64,000 nucleotides of DNA from Tetramitus jugosus (GCA_937625935.1 OW569384.1:248001-312000), one strand, 5' to 3'. Counted from the first letter of the stretch, positions 11,204 through 21,471 are shown. The notes: generated by a model from the sequence alone, not told the origin. Numbers and translations are program-made.

Positions 11204-12751
11204 TTATAGTATGTTACATAGAGAGAAGCCGTCTTCATTTCGATCGCGAGTCGTTCGTCTGTTGTTATTTGTAGAAGCTTTGGTATCAATAGGTTGTTTT
11301 CCACCAATGCTCTGAACTTCAATTTGTTCCATAATGGTGTCTCTTGCTTGAGCTGGTGCGGTTGTACTGTTTGGCTTTGGTTGTGATGCAATAGGAGTCA
11401 TATTCAGACTATTGTATACTTGCTCATTCCATTCTGGTGCATGTTTGGGATATTCGAACATTGTCACCTTACCCAAACTCTGACCGGCAATCTGGCTCTC
11501 TGCAGGAATCTCAGTTGGGACTTTTTGATGATAGACCATGGAATTTTCTGATTGAAACTTGCTCTTGTACCTTGACAAGAGACCAGATAGAAACTTTGTT
11601 CTTGCTTCAATGGTCTGTTTGTATGGTTTCAACTCGGCCTGATTCACAACTTTCTTTTCGAGCTCTTCCAATTTACTATTCAGCGATTCAGCGTGATTCA
11701 CGTATGCGAGTGCCACTCCATTCTCATCTTCCTTATTAAAGCTCACTGCTGCATAAACATGAAACAGTGCATCATAGTACTGTGCCTTGTAGTGCAGAAC
11801 AGTAAACCATGCGGCAGATTCATTTGATGGCGCAAAGCAATTATATGCCGTCTCATACTTTTCTACAACATTCTTTGCAACCTTGGCAACCAACTGTGGC
11901 TTGTCATCCAGTTTCTCCAAGCTAACAAGCAGTGCCATCTCTTGCGCTTCAGCCAATGTTGCTTGCAACAGAATGTAGACAACGTTTTGCTTTCCAATCA
12001 TTGTCAAGAAGAAGGGCAGTGCTGGCACATGATTCAAATCCAACTCCTGTGTTAAGTGATTAGCAAATTGCAAGACACTCGATGCTTTTAGCAACAGTTG
12101 ATACGCTCGTTTCACATTATACGATTGCTCTGTTCGCAACACATGATTCTCAGCCACCGTTTTCAATTTGATTGCATATGCGACACACATGCAAATAACC
12201 TCCCACAACGTATCTGAAACAACTGCCTTGGTCTTATTCAACGTCCACACGTATTGAATGGAAGAACGAAACTTGGAATACTGTGTGACAAGTGATGGCG
12301 CACTTGCATCACCTGTTTTCTCCTCCTGTTGATTGTTCTCATCAGAATTATTCTTGGTCCTGACCAACGTGGATGGACCTTGTAGGGCAGAACTAATCTC
12401 CACTGGAGAAGCAATTGCTTCACCAGTCGTTTCCATGGTACTCTCCTCAGCCGTTCCGGAACTGACAACTGGATAAATGAAACCATAGAGCAATGAAAAG
12501 TATCGATTCAACAACTTTTCGAGATCTTCCTCCATACTTGTACTCGAGCTTGTTGTCGATGCTGACATTTCCTTGTTGAGCGGCATCAAACGAGAGATCA
12601 ATTGATCTCTTGCGATTGTGAGCTCATTAACAACAGGAGTGTTGGTGGCATTCTTGTTTGCAAATTGAAGCTTTGAAGATGTTTCCAAATGAGCAGAGAA
12701 TGGTTGAATCAACAGCAGGGATGGGATCAGATTTTGAGACAAGAAGGCCAT
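11204..12751 (-). CDS. BRO1-domain protein with C-terminal CaaX box (BROX-like)
   Basis: RYFSLLYGF, LAEAQE and ENSMVYHQKVP are Bro1-domain motifs; the protein ends in CNIL-stop. Confidence 0.8.
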   Translation of the reverse strand: MAFLSQNLIPSLLLIQPFSAHLETSSKLQFANKNATNTPVVNELTIARDQLISRLMPLNKEMSASTTSSSTSMEEDLEKLLNRYFSLLYGFIYPVVSSGTAEESTMETTGEAIASPVEISSALQGPSTLVRTKNNSDENNQQEEKTGDASAPSLVTQYSKFRSSIQYVWTLNKTKAVVSDTLWEVICMCVAYAIKLKTVAENHVLRTEQSYNVKRAYQLLLKASSVLQFANHLTQELDLNHVPALPFFLTMIGKQNVVYILLQATLAEAQEMALLVSLEKLDDKPQLVAKVAKNVVEKYETAYNCFAPSNESAAWFTVLHYKAQYYDALFHVYAAVSFNKEDENGVALAYVNHAESLNSKLEELEKKVVNQAELKPYKQTIEARTKFLSGLLSRYKSKFQSENSMVYHQKVPTEIPAESQIAGQSLGKVTMFEYPKHAPEWNEQVYNSLNMTPIASQPKPNSTTAPAQARDTIMEQIEVQSIGGKQPIDTKASTNNNRRTTRDRNEDGFSLCNIL

Positions 12752-12872
12752 CTTTTTTCTATCTTGTTGTGTTTTTCAAGTCAGACGAAGGTGACTTCGA
12801 TTTTGATGTTCGAAACTGGATCTGGAAAAGTTTCTCCGAGTTCGTTAAAATTTACAGTTATTTTTGCTTCTT

Positions 12873-14399
12873 TTATGCTAAAGATGTGTTGGAGTGCATG
12901 TGGGCATTGTAACCGAGCTTTGTACCAATATTTTTGAGAAGCATCACTTTTTGTTCAGTCATGTGTTCGATTGCACTCTTCACTCCTTCTCTGCCCATTC
13001 CAGATTCCTTTGTGCCTCCATAAGGCATGGCATCCACGCGCAAAGATGGTACGTCACCCACAATCAATCCTCCCACATGCAAGTGATCAAATGCATAGAA
13101 AGCTTTCTGCATGGAATCAGTGAATAGACCTGCTTGTAAACCGTACTTGCTCTCGTTGATTCGATCGCACAATACTCTAAAGTCAGAGTAGGCTTCCAAA
13201 ACCATCACTGGAGCAAACACTTCCTCGCTATACACACTACAATCGGAAGGAACTCCTTCTAAAATGGTCGGTCCCATCATACTTCCCTCTCTCTTGCCTC
13301 CGAATAGAAGAGTTGCTCCTCTGTCAACAGCTTCCTTGACCCAACTCTCGGCCCTTTCAGCAGCCTTTTCAGTGATCATTGGCCCAATAAAGGTTCCTTC
13401 GTCCAGCGGGTCACCCACTTTGAGAGCACTTGCTCTATGAATCAATAACTTGGCAAATTCACCATAAATGTTCTCCTGAATGAACACTCGTTGAACACTG
13501 ATGCAACTCTGGCCCGATTGATAAAATCCACCATAAATGACACGGTCAGCCACTGCTTTCATGATATGCTTCTGATCTTCATCAATAATACAAGCAGCAT
13601 TGCCTCCGAGTTCGAGAACAACTTGCTTCTTTTCCGACTTTTTCATGAGATCCCATCCACTTGTTCCACTACCAGTAAAAGTCAATAGCTTGACACGTGG
13701 ATCAGTGGTAAACACCTCTGATGCATCCTCTCTATCACAAGGAAGAATAGAGAAAGAACCAACAGGAAGACTCGACTTGCTCAAAATATCACCCAACATG
13801 AGAGCACTGATAGGTGTACTGGATGAAGGTTTAAGAACAAAGGGACAACCGGAAGCGATCGCAGGAGCAATCTTGTGAGCCACGAGATTCATTGGAAAGT
13901 TGAAGGGACTAATCATAGCGACTACACCAATGGGAAAGCGACGTGTCAGGAACGAAATTCCTTCGTTCATCTCTGATGTGTCATAATCTCCACTCTCTCC
14001 GAATATTCTTGTTGTTTCCTCCGCGGCCAACTGAAAAGTTTCTATAAAACGTTTCACTTCACCACGAGCTTGAGTAATGGGTTTGCCTGCTTCGAGACTC
14101 AAAACGATGGAAAACTCTTCGAACATGTCCTCGACATTATCAATTACAAATTGAAGAATTTCTTTTCGTCTGTAGTGAGGTAGTTGAGCCATGTTGTGCT
14201 TTGCTTCCTCTGCCAATTCAATAGCTTTGATCACATGGTCTTTGGTGGCTTTGTGAACCTGGGTAACTTGTTTGCCAGTAAACTTGTCGGTTACTCCTAA
14301 CAATTCACTGTCTTTTTGGGAGTGAACTGGGAGACAACCCAGATAAAATGGGTAGGTTTGTTCGATGAAATCAAATGTGGCTTCTCTTGGTGCGTTCAT
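12873..14399 (-). CDS. NAD(P)+-dependent aldehyde dehydrogenase (ALDH21-like)
   Basis: ISPFNFP, TFTGSG, LELGGNA, catalytic GQSCIS, EEVFAP and PYGGTKESGMGREG motifs; intronless. Confidence 0.92.
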   Translation of the reverse strand: MNAPREATFDFIEQTYPFYLGCLPVHSQKDSELLGVTDKFTGKQVTQVHKATKDHVIKAIELAEEAKHNMAQLPHYRRKEILQFVIDNVEDMFEEFSIVLSLEAGKPITQARGEVKRFIETFQLAAEETTRIFGESGDYDTSEMNEGISFLTRRFPIGVVAMISPFNFPMNLVAHKIAPAIASGCPFVLKPSSSTPISALMLGDILSKSSLPVGSFSILPCDREDASEVFTTDPRVKLLTFTGSGTSGWDLMKKSEKKQVVLELGGNAACIIDEDQKHIMKAVADRVIYGGFYQSGQSCISVQRVFIQENIYGEFAKLLIHRASALKVGDPLDEGTFIGPMITEKAAERAESWVKEAVDRGATLLFGGKREGSMMGPTILEGVPSDCSVYSEEVFAPVMVLEAYSDFRVLCDRINESKYGLQAGLFTDSMQKAFYAFDHLHVGGLIVGDVPSLRVDAMPYGGTKESGMGREGVKSAIEHMTEQKVMLLKNIGTKLGYNAHMHSNTSLA

Positions 14400-14486
14400 T
14401 TGTTGAGTATGATGATCACAGACTTCTAAAGATCAGAGGGTTTTATTTTGTATTCAATCCAGCAAATTGAAGGATTTACAAAAATA

Positions 14487-16382
14487 TCAAAGGCAAATTG
14501 TTGAGATCGTCAAGATTGCCCTACGATCGCTCGAATAATGGGAGATTCTCTTGTTGTTTCCGTTCTTTTTCTTGTTTCTGGGTGGGTTTGAAGCAATGTA
14601 CTCTCTCCTGATAGCGTTCTGCATGGCTGTGTTGAGCAAAGTATTGACGACCGAAAGATCCTTTGTTTCCTCAGAATACTCCACATACGCGAAATAGTCA
14701 CAATAGGATTTCACATTCATGATGCCAAAGATTTCCTCTTGTAAAATTCGTTGTAGTTCTTCTGAAGGCTTTCCATATCTGAAGTCATATTCCGCTGCAG
14801 TTTCTTTGAGGGTGCTGTGCCTTCTTACCACCTTTGTGAGGAAGAACTTGTGGAACATGATGAGTCGAGCACTGACATGGCTCACAGAGAAACAATCACT
14901 CATTCTCTTTTCAACATTAAGCTTTGACAAGCTCGTAATGGATTTCGGAAACTTCAGAGAGATCCACAATGAATTCCGGTCCAAAGTTTCAGTGACCACA
15001 GCTTGTTTCACATCATCCCAAGTGTAATCTGACACAGATAGCAATGGTAAGAATTCACCAAGATTTGGTTTCACTGACTTGTGTCGATTCTCTTCTGAGC
15101 TCATGAAGTTTTCAACAACTCCATTGATTGCACCGAGAACATTTGGATAAGTGTCCACCAGATAGATGAGCCATCGATGGAATGCACAATATCCCTCCAG
15201 AGCAACAAAAGAAGCATGAAGCTCACCCTTCATGATCTCAACAACCATTGATGACATCAGTTTGCACAAAAGATCAATCAAGAGATTCAACCAATTGTTT
15301 GAAACTCCTTCAACTTTGATTCCAGAGTAAATCTCAGTGACTGCCTTCTCCAAGTATGGAATGGCCTTGGTTTCTGCATGTGACTTGTTGATGTACAATG
15401 GGAAGAAGTAAGTGAATTTCTGATGCCAGACACTGTGTCTCAATCCATGGCTGTATGCTTCGAGTGAGATGATATCAAGAGGTGATGTTACTGTTTGAAG
15501 AATTCCTTGTTTTGTAAATTCCAAGTTGATACCATAACCAAGAAGAGCCTCTTCAGAGTCCTTCTTCGTGTGGAAACAGCAACACTCGATTGCTTCTTTC
15601 AGCAGTGGCATCTTGGATGCTGAATTCCATTGTTGGCAGACTGCAGATGTCTTCTCCAGATCAATAATAGATAAAAATGAGAAAGTAGTGGCCAAGCACT
15701 CTAATGGCATCTCCTTTAATAGGATTCGGACCCTTTCTTCTTCTCTTTCATTTTTAACTATTCGGATATTTAAACTCTCAATCTGTGGTTCAATTTCCTC
15801 CACAACTTCCTGATTTCTGGGTGTTGTCGACACTTTCCAATGCACTTGTCTGGGATAGACTCTATTCTCATTTACGTGATGTCCACAAACTGTGCAATGG
15901 TATTTCCATGAAGCTTCTATGTCCTCCTCTGGGTTAAACTTTTTCGAGTAATGGTCAATATGTTCTCTTCCTAAGAAAAAGACTTGCAATTGTCTGAGAA
16001 TGGATAACACGGTGTAAGCAGATGTCCAAGCCCCAAAGTAGTGTTGGCCTCTATATGGCTGCAACATATCCAAGCATAAACCCTCCCCAAATACGTGGGA
16101 GTGATGAACACGATTCTTCAAACGGACAATTGGAGGAGAAGAGGGATAGTTATCTGGGAACGTGAGGACAACATGAAACACTGCACCGTGATAAGGTGAG
16201 TCAGCAGGTGCCAAAATGTTGCAATGCCACAGAAACAAGTTGTCATCGATGGGCTCAGCAGCGATGGTGTCCAAATCGGCCAAACGAACCTCCTTGTAGT
16301 CTCTCATGAGTCTTTTGAGAGCAGACTCCTTGATCTGGTCTTTATACTGCTCCGAATCGGAGACATTGGAGTTATGATTCAT
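14487..16382 (-). CDS. Ubiquitin-conjugating E2 + F-box-like + conserved C-terminal domain fusion, copy A
   Basis: ALKRLMRDY, WHCNI, FPDNYPSSPP and HHSHVF..LCLDML (catalytic Cys); F-box-like MPLECLATTFSFLSIIDLEKTSAVCQQWN. Likely start MNHNSN at 16382; the ORF track extends to 16538. Confidence 0.85.
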   Translation of the reverse strand: MNHNSNVSDSEQYKDQIKESALKRLMRDYKEVRLADLDTIAAEPIDDNLFLWHCNILAPADSPYHGAVFHVVLTFPDNYPSSPPIVRLKNRVHHSHVFGEGLCLDMLQPYRGQHYFGAWTSAYTVLSILRQLQVFFLGREHIDHYSKKFNPEEDIEASWKYHCTVCGHHVNENRVYPRQVHWKVSTTPRNQEVVEEIEPQIESLNIRIVKNEREEERVRILLKEMPLECLATTFSFLSIIDLEKTSAVCQQWNSASKMPLLKEAIECCCFHTKKDSEEALLGYGINLEFTKQGILQTVTSPLDIISLEAYSHGLRHSVWHQKFTYFFPLYINKSHAETKAIPYLEKAVTEIYSGIKVEGVSNNWLNLLIDLLCKLMSSMVVEIMKGELHASFVALEGYCAFHRWLIYLVDTYPNVLGAINGVVENFMSSEENRHKSVKPNLGEFLPLLSVSDYTWDDVKQAVVTETLDRNSLWISLKFPKSITSLSKLNVEKRMSDCFSVSHVSARLIMFHKFFLTKVVRRHSTLKETAAEYDFRYGKPSEELQRILQEEIFGIMNVKSYCDYFAYVEYSEETKDLSVVNTLLNTAMQNAIRREYIASNPPRNKKKNGNNKRISHYSSDRRAILTISTICL

Positions 16383-16857
16383 GACTTTGTTTTCTCCTCC
16401 AACCCTGGGAATTTGGATGAAAATTTCAATGACTCCCCGAAGTTGCACTTGAAGTTTCACATCTGGCACTTTACAGCTAAATTTTGCGGGGAAATGGAAG
16501 TTTTGCAACTGATCAACCGTAGCTAATGGGTTCGACATGTGGGAACAAATCCTTTGACAGAAGAGAAGAAACTAAGTTGGTTGGGGGCTCATGAGTCGGC
16601 CCCACAACCAAAAGTGGTTTTATCCAGCTGAGCCAGTCAACACAAGTCATCGATTGATGTCTCCATCTTTTTTGGAGGATAACACTATCCATGCCGAGAG
16701 TACTTTATTGGCTTTTCCTCGTTTGGATTGGTAACATACCTGTTGAACAGAATCCCCCTGAAAAATTCAAGAAAAATCTCGAGGGCCCTCCATGGTATGC
16801 ACTATAAATTCAAAGGATGTTGGCCTTCCACAGCACAACAAAACAATACAACACATA

Positions 16858-17646
16858 ATGAAAGCCTTCATCGTCTTTATTGCCATTGCTTGCTTGGTTT
16901 CTCTCTGCTATGCACAGAACTCCATGAACTTTATCTCCAGTGTTAACTCAAGAACCATCACCGGCACAATCTCCTATGCAGGAGGCAGTACTGTTGTCCA
17001 GGTTGATGATGGGTTCGATTCCTATACCAGCACACAAGCACGTCCTCAATCTGAATGGGATCTCATCAAGAGTTACATTCAGTCCAATTCTCCAACTACT
17101 ACCACTGTTGTTTCGACTGGGGTTCTCAAAATTACTTTTACACACAATACTGTCGGAACGTTGGATTACACCCAAAATGTTAACCTTGTTGTAGTTGACA
17201 CCAACACCAAGATTCAAGAGCTGTATGACCTTGTTCTAAACATGCATCAGAGAGATACCCACAACTGGGCTTTGCCTGTCCATGGTTCCCAATCTGTTGC
17301 CTGGAGCTCAAACAAGTATAGTGAAGATGGCGTGATGACTAATGCAATGAATGGATACATTGATAGAACTCCAGTAACCATGGGTGCCACTAACGCAGTT
17401 TCTTTCTCAAAGTTGATCACTATCGCACGCATCAGAGTGTATGCCACTCAGTATACATCAAGTGTAACACTCTACTCTAGCCCTGCAGATAATACTCAGG
17501 CCACATCTTCTGTTGCTACATTCACTAATATTCAACCAGGATGGAATGACTTGACCAGTCCAATTCCAGGAGGTCTTCTTACAGTCGCAAAGAATATCAG
17601 ACTCAGTGCATTCCCATTCTCAGCAATTGAGGTTTACACCTTGTAA
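16858..17646 (+). CDS. Secreted protein of unknown function
   Basis: Signal peptide MKAFIVFIAIACLVSLCYA|Q; TATAAA at 16803; AATAAA overlapping the stop; Ser/Thr-rich, beta-like composition. Confidence 0.75.
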   Translation: MKAFIVFIAIACLVSLCYAQNSMNFISSVNSRTITGTISYAGGSTVVQVDDGFDSYTSTQARPQSEWDLIKSYIQSNSPTTTTVVSTGVLKITFTHNTVGTLDYTQNVNLVVVDTNTKIQELYDLVLNMHQRDTHNWALPVHGSQSVAWSSNKYSEDGVMTNAMNGYIDRTPVTMGATNAVSFSKLITIARIRVYATQYTSSVTLYSSPADNTQATSSVATFTNIQPGWNDLTSPIPGGLLTVAKNIRLSAFPFSAIEVYTL

Positions 17647-17822
17647 TAAATTCTATTCGAGTTCACTTTCTTCCTATTGTCCCAAAGATTGCTGCGAAAA
17701 CTTTTAATCCCACCGTCTACAATGCGTTCTGAAATTGCCTTGGGCTCACATTAACCTGGGGCAACTTTCTAATTCAATCTGACCAAAACCAAAAGTGTCA
17801 ACAAAAAACAAACAAACCTCCA

Positions 17823-19346
17823 ATGACAACAACATCCAACACAACCATTGATCATCCTCAATCACCACCACCAAACCAAAAGCTCTCATTTGACCAAGGA
17901 TTTTACACTTCTGTCAGAGCCATTCAACTCTTGCGTCAACAGCACCAAAGAACCATCTTTGTAGCAGTGGCAGGGCCATCAGGATCAGGCAAAACAACGT
18001 TGGCACTCAAGATTGCCAAAATTATGCCAGGTACACTTGTCATTTCACTTGATAATTACTTGGATGCGACAAGGATAGTAATTGACCGAAATTTTGATGA
18101 TGATCGACTGGTTGACTTTGATTTATTGATCAAGAATGTCAAGGACCTAAAGTCTGGTCGTTCAACGGAAATGCCCCTCTATGATTTCCGAAAATCCGGT
18201 CGTTATGCTTACAAAAAAATTGATCCACCAGAGTCTAACGTTGTGTTAATCGAAGGCATTCATGCGTTGAATGCGAACATTGTTCCGTTGATTGATTTGA
18301 AGATTTCGGTGAGTGGTGGAGTTCACTATGATTTGGTGAAGCGTGTGTTGAGAGATATTCAGAGAACTTGGAGAGATGCATCGGCTGTGCTCAGTCAGAT
18401 TACGGACACGGTGTATCCAATGTACAAGGCATTTATTGAACCGTCGTTGCGCATGGCAGATATTCAGATTGTAAACACGTTTAATCCGTTTAGTGGACTG
18501 TTGAGTCCTGATTACATGTTGAAATCAGTCATCAATGACGGGCAGAGTGATAAGAAGAATGCTGATGACGAAACAAAGAGCAATTACAGAGAACGAATCG
18601 AGAGAGTTGTTGCCATTTTGAGAGCACAAAAGTCCATTGGAACATTGACCACAACGAACGTCATTAAATCATCGAGCGAGGATTTGTCTGCAAGGATGAC
18701 TGAGCAAATGAATCTATTGACACCAGCTGAGCCGACAAGAATTGAAAATTACATTGATATTTTCTTGTTGCCACCCGAGCAGGAAGAGAGCTACGAGAAT
18801 GATACCAATGGTGAAGAGAATGATGAGGAGGAAGAAGAAGTAGTGGAGGAATCAGAGTACGAAAAGAGTGCAAATAAGGGTCGCGTTACTGTTGGTCGGA
18901 ATGACGGTAATACGAGTAGTGTGAATGGACCGACTGTGAGAGACTCGACACAATATATTAGAGTGCGAAACAATAATGGAAAGTATTGGGCATTGTTTTC
19001 GGAGTCATTGAGAGAAGGAAGGTTCATCATTACGCCACATATGGAGTTTTTGATCGATGTGAAGACATTGGGAGGTCTCATGGCATTGGGTTACAAAGTG
19101 GATGCAATTTTGAATCGTAGCAGCATTGTATACGATGTGTTTGAGGACAATAGTCTCACTCTGGTGATCGATAATGTGGAGCAAGTGAACCAAACCTACT
19201 TGCAAATCAAGGGAAGTGATCAGGACTTGGTGGCCAGAGTGGCAAGCATGCTGAGCATTAAGAATTTTGTAACCGACCCCTACATTGAAATCTTCCACAA
19301 GCAGCAACAGAATCAAAAGTCGTCCCTCCTTCAGAGTAGATTGTAA
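17823..19346 (+). CDS. Uridine-kinase-like + CYTH domain protein (plant TTM1/2, Dictyostelium UdkC type)
   Basis: LSFDQGFY..VRAIQLL, GPSGSGKT, DLVKRVLRD, TVYPMYKAFIEP, YIRVRN and TLGGLMALGY motifs. Confidence 0.88.
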   Translation: MTTTSNTTIDHPQSPPPNQKLSFDQGFYTSVRAIQLLRQQHQRTIFVAVAGPSGSGKTTLALKIAKIMPGTLVISLDNYLDATRIVIDRNFDDDRLVDFDLLIKNVKDLKSGRSTEMPLYDFRKSGRYAYKKIDPPESNVVLIEGIHALNANIVPLIDLKISVSGGVHYDLVKRVLRDIQRTWRDASAVLSQITDTVYPMYKAFIEPSLRMADIQIVNTFNPFSGLLSPDYMLKSVINDGQSDKKNADDETKSNYRERIERVVAILRAQKSIGTLTTTNVIKSSSEDLSARMTEQMNLLTPAEPTRIENYIDIFLLPPEQEESYENDTNGEENDEEEEEVVEESEYEKSANKGRVTVGRNDGNTSSVNGPTVRDSTQYIRVRNNNGKYWALFSESLREGRFIITPHMEFLIDVKTLGGLMALGYKVDAILNRSSIVYDVFEDNSLTLVIDNVEQVNQTYLQIKGSDQDLVARVASMLSIKNFVTDPYIEIFHKQQQNQKSSLLQSRL

Positions 19347-19533
19347 GTTACAAATGATAAGGTAGGTACATTCTTTTACTGTATTCCAAATATAAATGTG
19401 GCAGTGTAAGCTTTATGCACAAATGTTTCTCTTTTGCGTATTCCATAGATTGAAAATTTCGAGTATTCGTGTTTATGGCAAATTGTAATAATTGTTGAGA
19501 TCATCCTATATCCAATCGCAACAATTATTATAA

Positions 19534-21471
19534 TTAATGATGATGGCCTCCTCGATTTTGGAAACCACCACCTCGACCTCTTCCCCTTCTTTGGAAAGTG
19601 CCCCGGGGACGCTCTACCGTTGCACTGGTCGAGGATTTTTGTTCTGTCTGCTGTTGAGGTCCAGAAACGGGTGTTGGAACAACATACTGTCTTTTGATAG
19701 CATTGGTCATGGCTCTATTGAGCAAAGTATTGACAGAAAAGACATTGGCTCTTTTCTTAGGATACTCCACATACGCAAAGTAGTCGATATAAGATCTCAC
19801 ATCCATAATGCTGAATATTTCCTCTTGTAGCGTCCGCTTCAACTCTTCTGAAGGCTTACCATATCTGAAATCATATTCAGCGGCCGTTTCTTCAAGTGTG
19901 CTGTGTCTTCTAGCAACCTTTGTGAGGAAGAACTTGTGGAACATGATGAGTCGAGCACTTACACGACTCACAGCAAAACACTTGTTCATTCTCTTTCGTC
20001 GATCAACATACTCCTCACCTTCCAAAAAGTCTGTGATGGTCGTTGGAAACTTGAAGGAGATCCACAATGAATTCCGGTCCAAAGTTTCAGTGACAACAGC
20101 TCGTTTCACATCATCCCAAGTGTAATCTGACACAGATAGCAATGGTAAGAATTCACCAAGATTTGGTTTCACTGACTTGTGTCGATTCTCTTCAGAGCTC
20201 ATGAAGTTTTCAACAACTCCATTGATTGCACCGAGAACGTTTGGATAAGTGTCCACCAGATAGATGAGCCATCGATGGAATGCACAATATCCCTCCAGAG
20301 CAACAAAAGAAGCATGAAGCTCACCCTTCATGATCTCAACAACCATGGATGACATCAGTTTGCACAAAAGATCAATCAAGAGATTCAACCAATTGTTTGA
20401 AACTCCTTCAACTTTGATTCCAGAGTAAATCTCAGTGACTGCCTTCTCCAAGTATGGAATGGCCTTGGTTTCTGCATGTGACTTGTTGATATACAATGGG
20501 AAGAAGTAAGTGAATTTCTGATGCCAGACACTGTGTCTCAAACCATGACTGTATGCTTCGAGTGATATGATATCAAGTGGTGATGTTACTGTTTGGAGAA
20601 TTCCTTGTTTTGTGAATTCCAAGTTGATACCATATCCAAGAAGAGCTTCTTCAGAGTCCTTCTTCGTGTGGAAACAGCAACACTCGATTGCTTCTTTCAG
20701 CAGTGGCATCTTGGATGCTGAATTCCATTGTTGGCAGACTGCAGATGTCTTCTCCAGATCAACAGCGGACAAAAAGGAGAAGGTATTGGCCAAGCATTCC
20801 AATGGAATCTCGCTTGTTAGCTGTCTGATCTTCTCTTCTTCTTGTTCGTCTTGGAACATTCGAGGAGAATCCATTTGTTCCTCAATATCCTCTTCGTCTA
20901 CCCTGTCTCCGAATACTTTTGCCATACTCCAATGCTCTTGTCTTGGATAGACTCGATCTTCATTGACGTGATGGTCACAAATTTTACACTGATAGTCCCA
21001 TGAAGCTTCTATGTCCTCCTCTGGATGAAAATTGTCCCAATAATGGTCAATATGTTCTCTATCCAAGAAGAAAACTTGCAATTGTCTGAGAATGGATAAC
21101 ACAGAGTAAGCAGATGTCCAAGCGCCAAAGGAGTGTTGTCCATGATAGGGCTGCAACATATCCAAGCATATGTACCCACCAAATACATGAGAGTGATGAA
21201 CACGATTCATCAGCGTCACACTTGGTGGAGAAGAAGGATAGTCGTGTGGGAACTTGAGGACAACATGAAACACTGCACCACGATATGGGGAATCAGCAGG
21301 TGCCAAAATGTTGCAATGCCACAGAAACAAGTTTTCGATGGGCTCAGCAGCGATGGTGTCCAAATCGGCCAAACGAACCTCCTTGTAATCTCTCATGAGT
21401 CTTTTGAGAGCAGACTCCCTGATCTGGGCTTTAGATGGCTCCGGAACGGAGGTCTTGTGAGTATGCAGCAT
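19534..21471 (-). CDS. Ubiquitin-conjugating E2 + F-box-like + conserved C-terminal domain fusion, copy B
   Basis: Paralogue of 14487-16382; HHSHVFGGYICLDML; RGRGRGG tail. Confidence 0.87.
   Translation of the reverse strand: MLHTHKTSVPEPSKAQIRESALKRLMRDYKEVRLADLDTIAAEPIENLFLWHCNILAPADSPYRGAVFHVVLKFPHDYPSSPPSVTLMNRVHHSHVFGGYICLDMLQPYHGQHSFGAWTSAYSVLSILRQLQVFFLDREHIDHYWDNFHPEEDIEASWDYQCKICDHHVNEDRVYPRQEHWSMAKVFGDRVDEEDIEEQMDSPRMFQDEQEEEKIRQLTSEIPLECLANTFSFLSAVDLEKTSAVCQQWNSASKMPLLKEAIECCCFHTKKDSEEALLGYGINLEFTKQGILQTVTSPLDIISLEAYSHGLRHSVWHQKFTYFFPLYINKSHAETKAIPYLEKAVTEIYSGIKVEGVSNNWLNLLIDLLCKLMSSMVVEIMKGELHASFVALEGYCAFHRWLIYLVDTYPNVLGAINGVVENFMSSEENRHKSVKPNLGEFLPLLSVSDYTWDDVKRAVVTETLDRNSLWISFKFPTTITDFLEGEEYVDRRKRMNKCFAVSRVSARLIMFHKFFLTKVARRHSTLEETAAEYDFRYGKPSEELKRTLQEEIFSIMDVRSYIDYFAYVEYPKKRANVFSVNTLLNRAMTNAIKRQYVVPTPVSGPQQQTEQKSSTSATVERPRGTFQRRGRGRGGGFQNRGGHHH

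Noticed and set aside
2262-16382. Seven consecutive minus-strand genes, and many trafficking genes, as an operon or functional cluster
   Set aside because: Their functions are unrelated, strand switches are frequent elsewhere in the window, and trafficking genes are common in protist genomes.
16525-16545. GGGTTCGAC as a tRNA T-loop or B-box
   Set aside because: No T-stem or cloverleaf can be formed around it.
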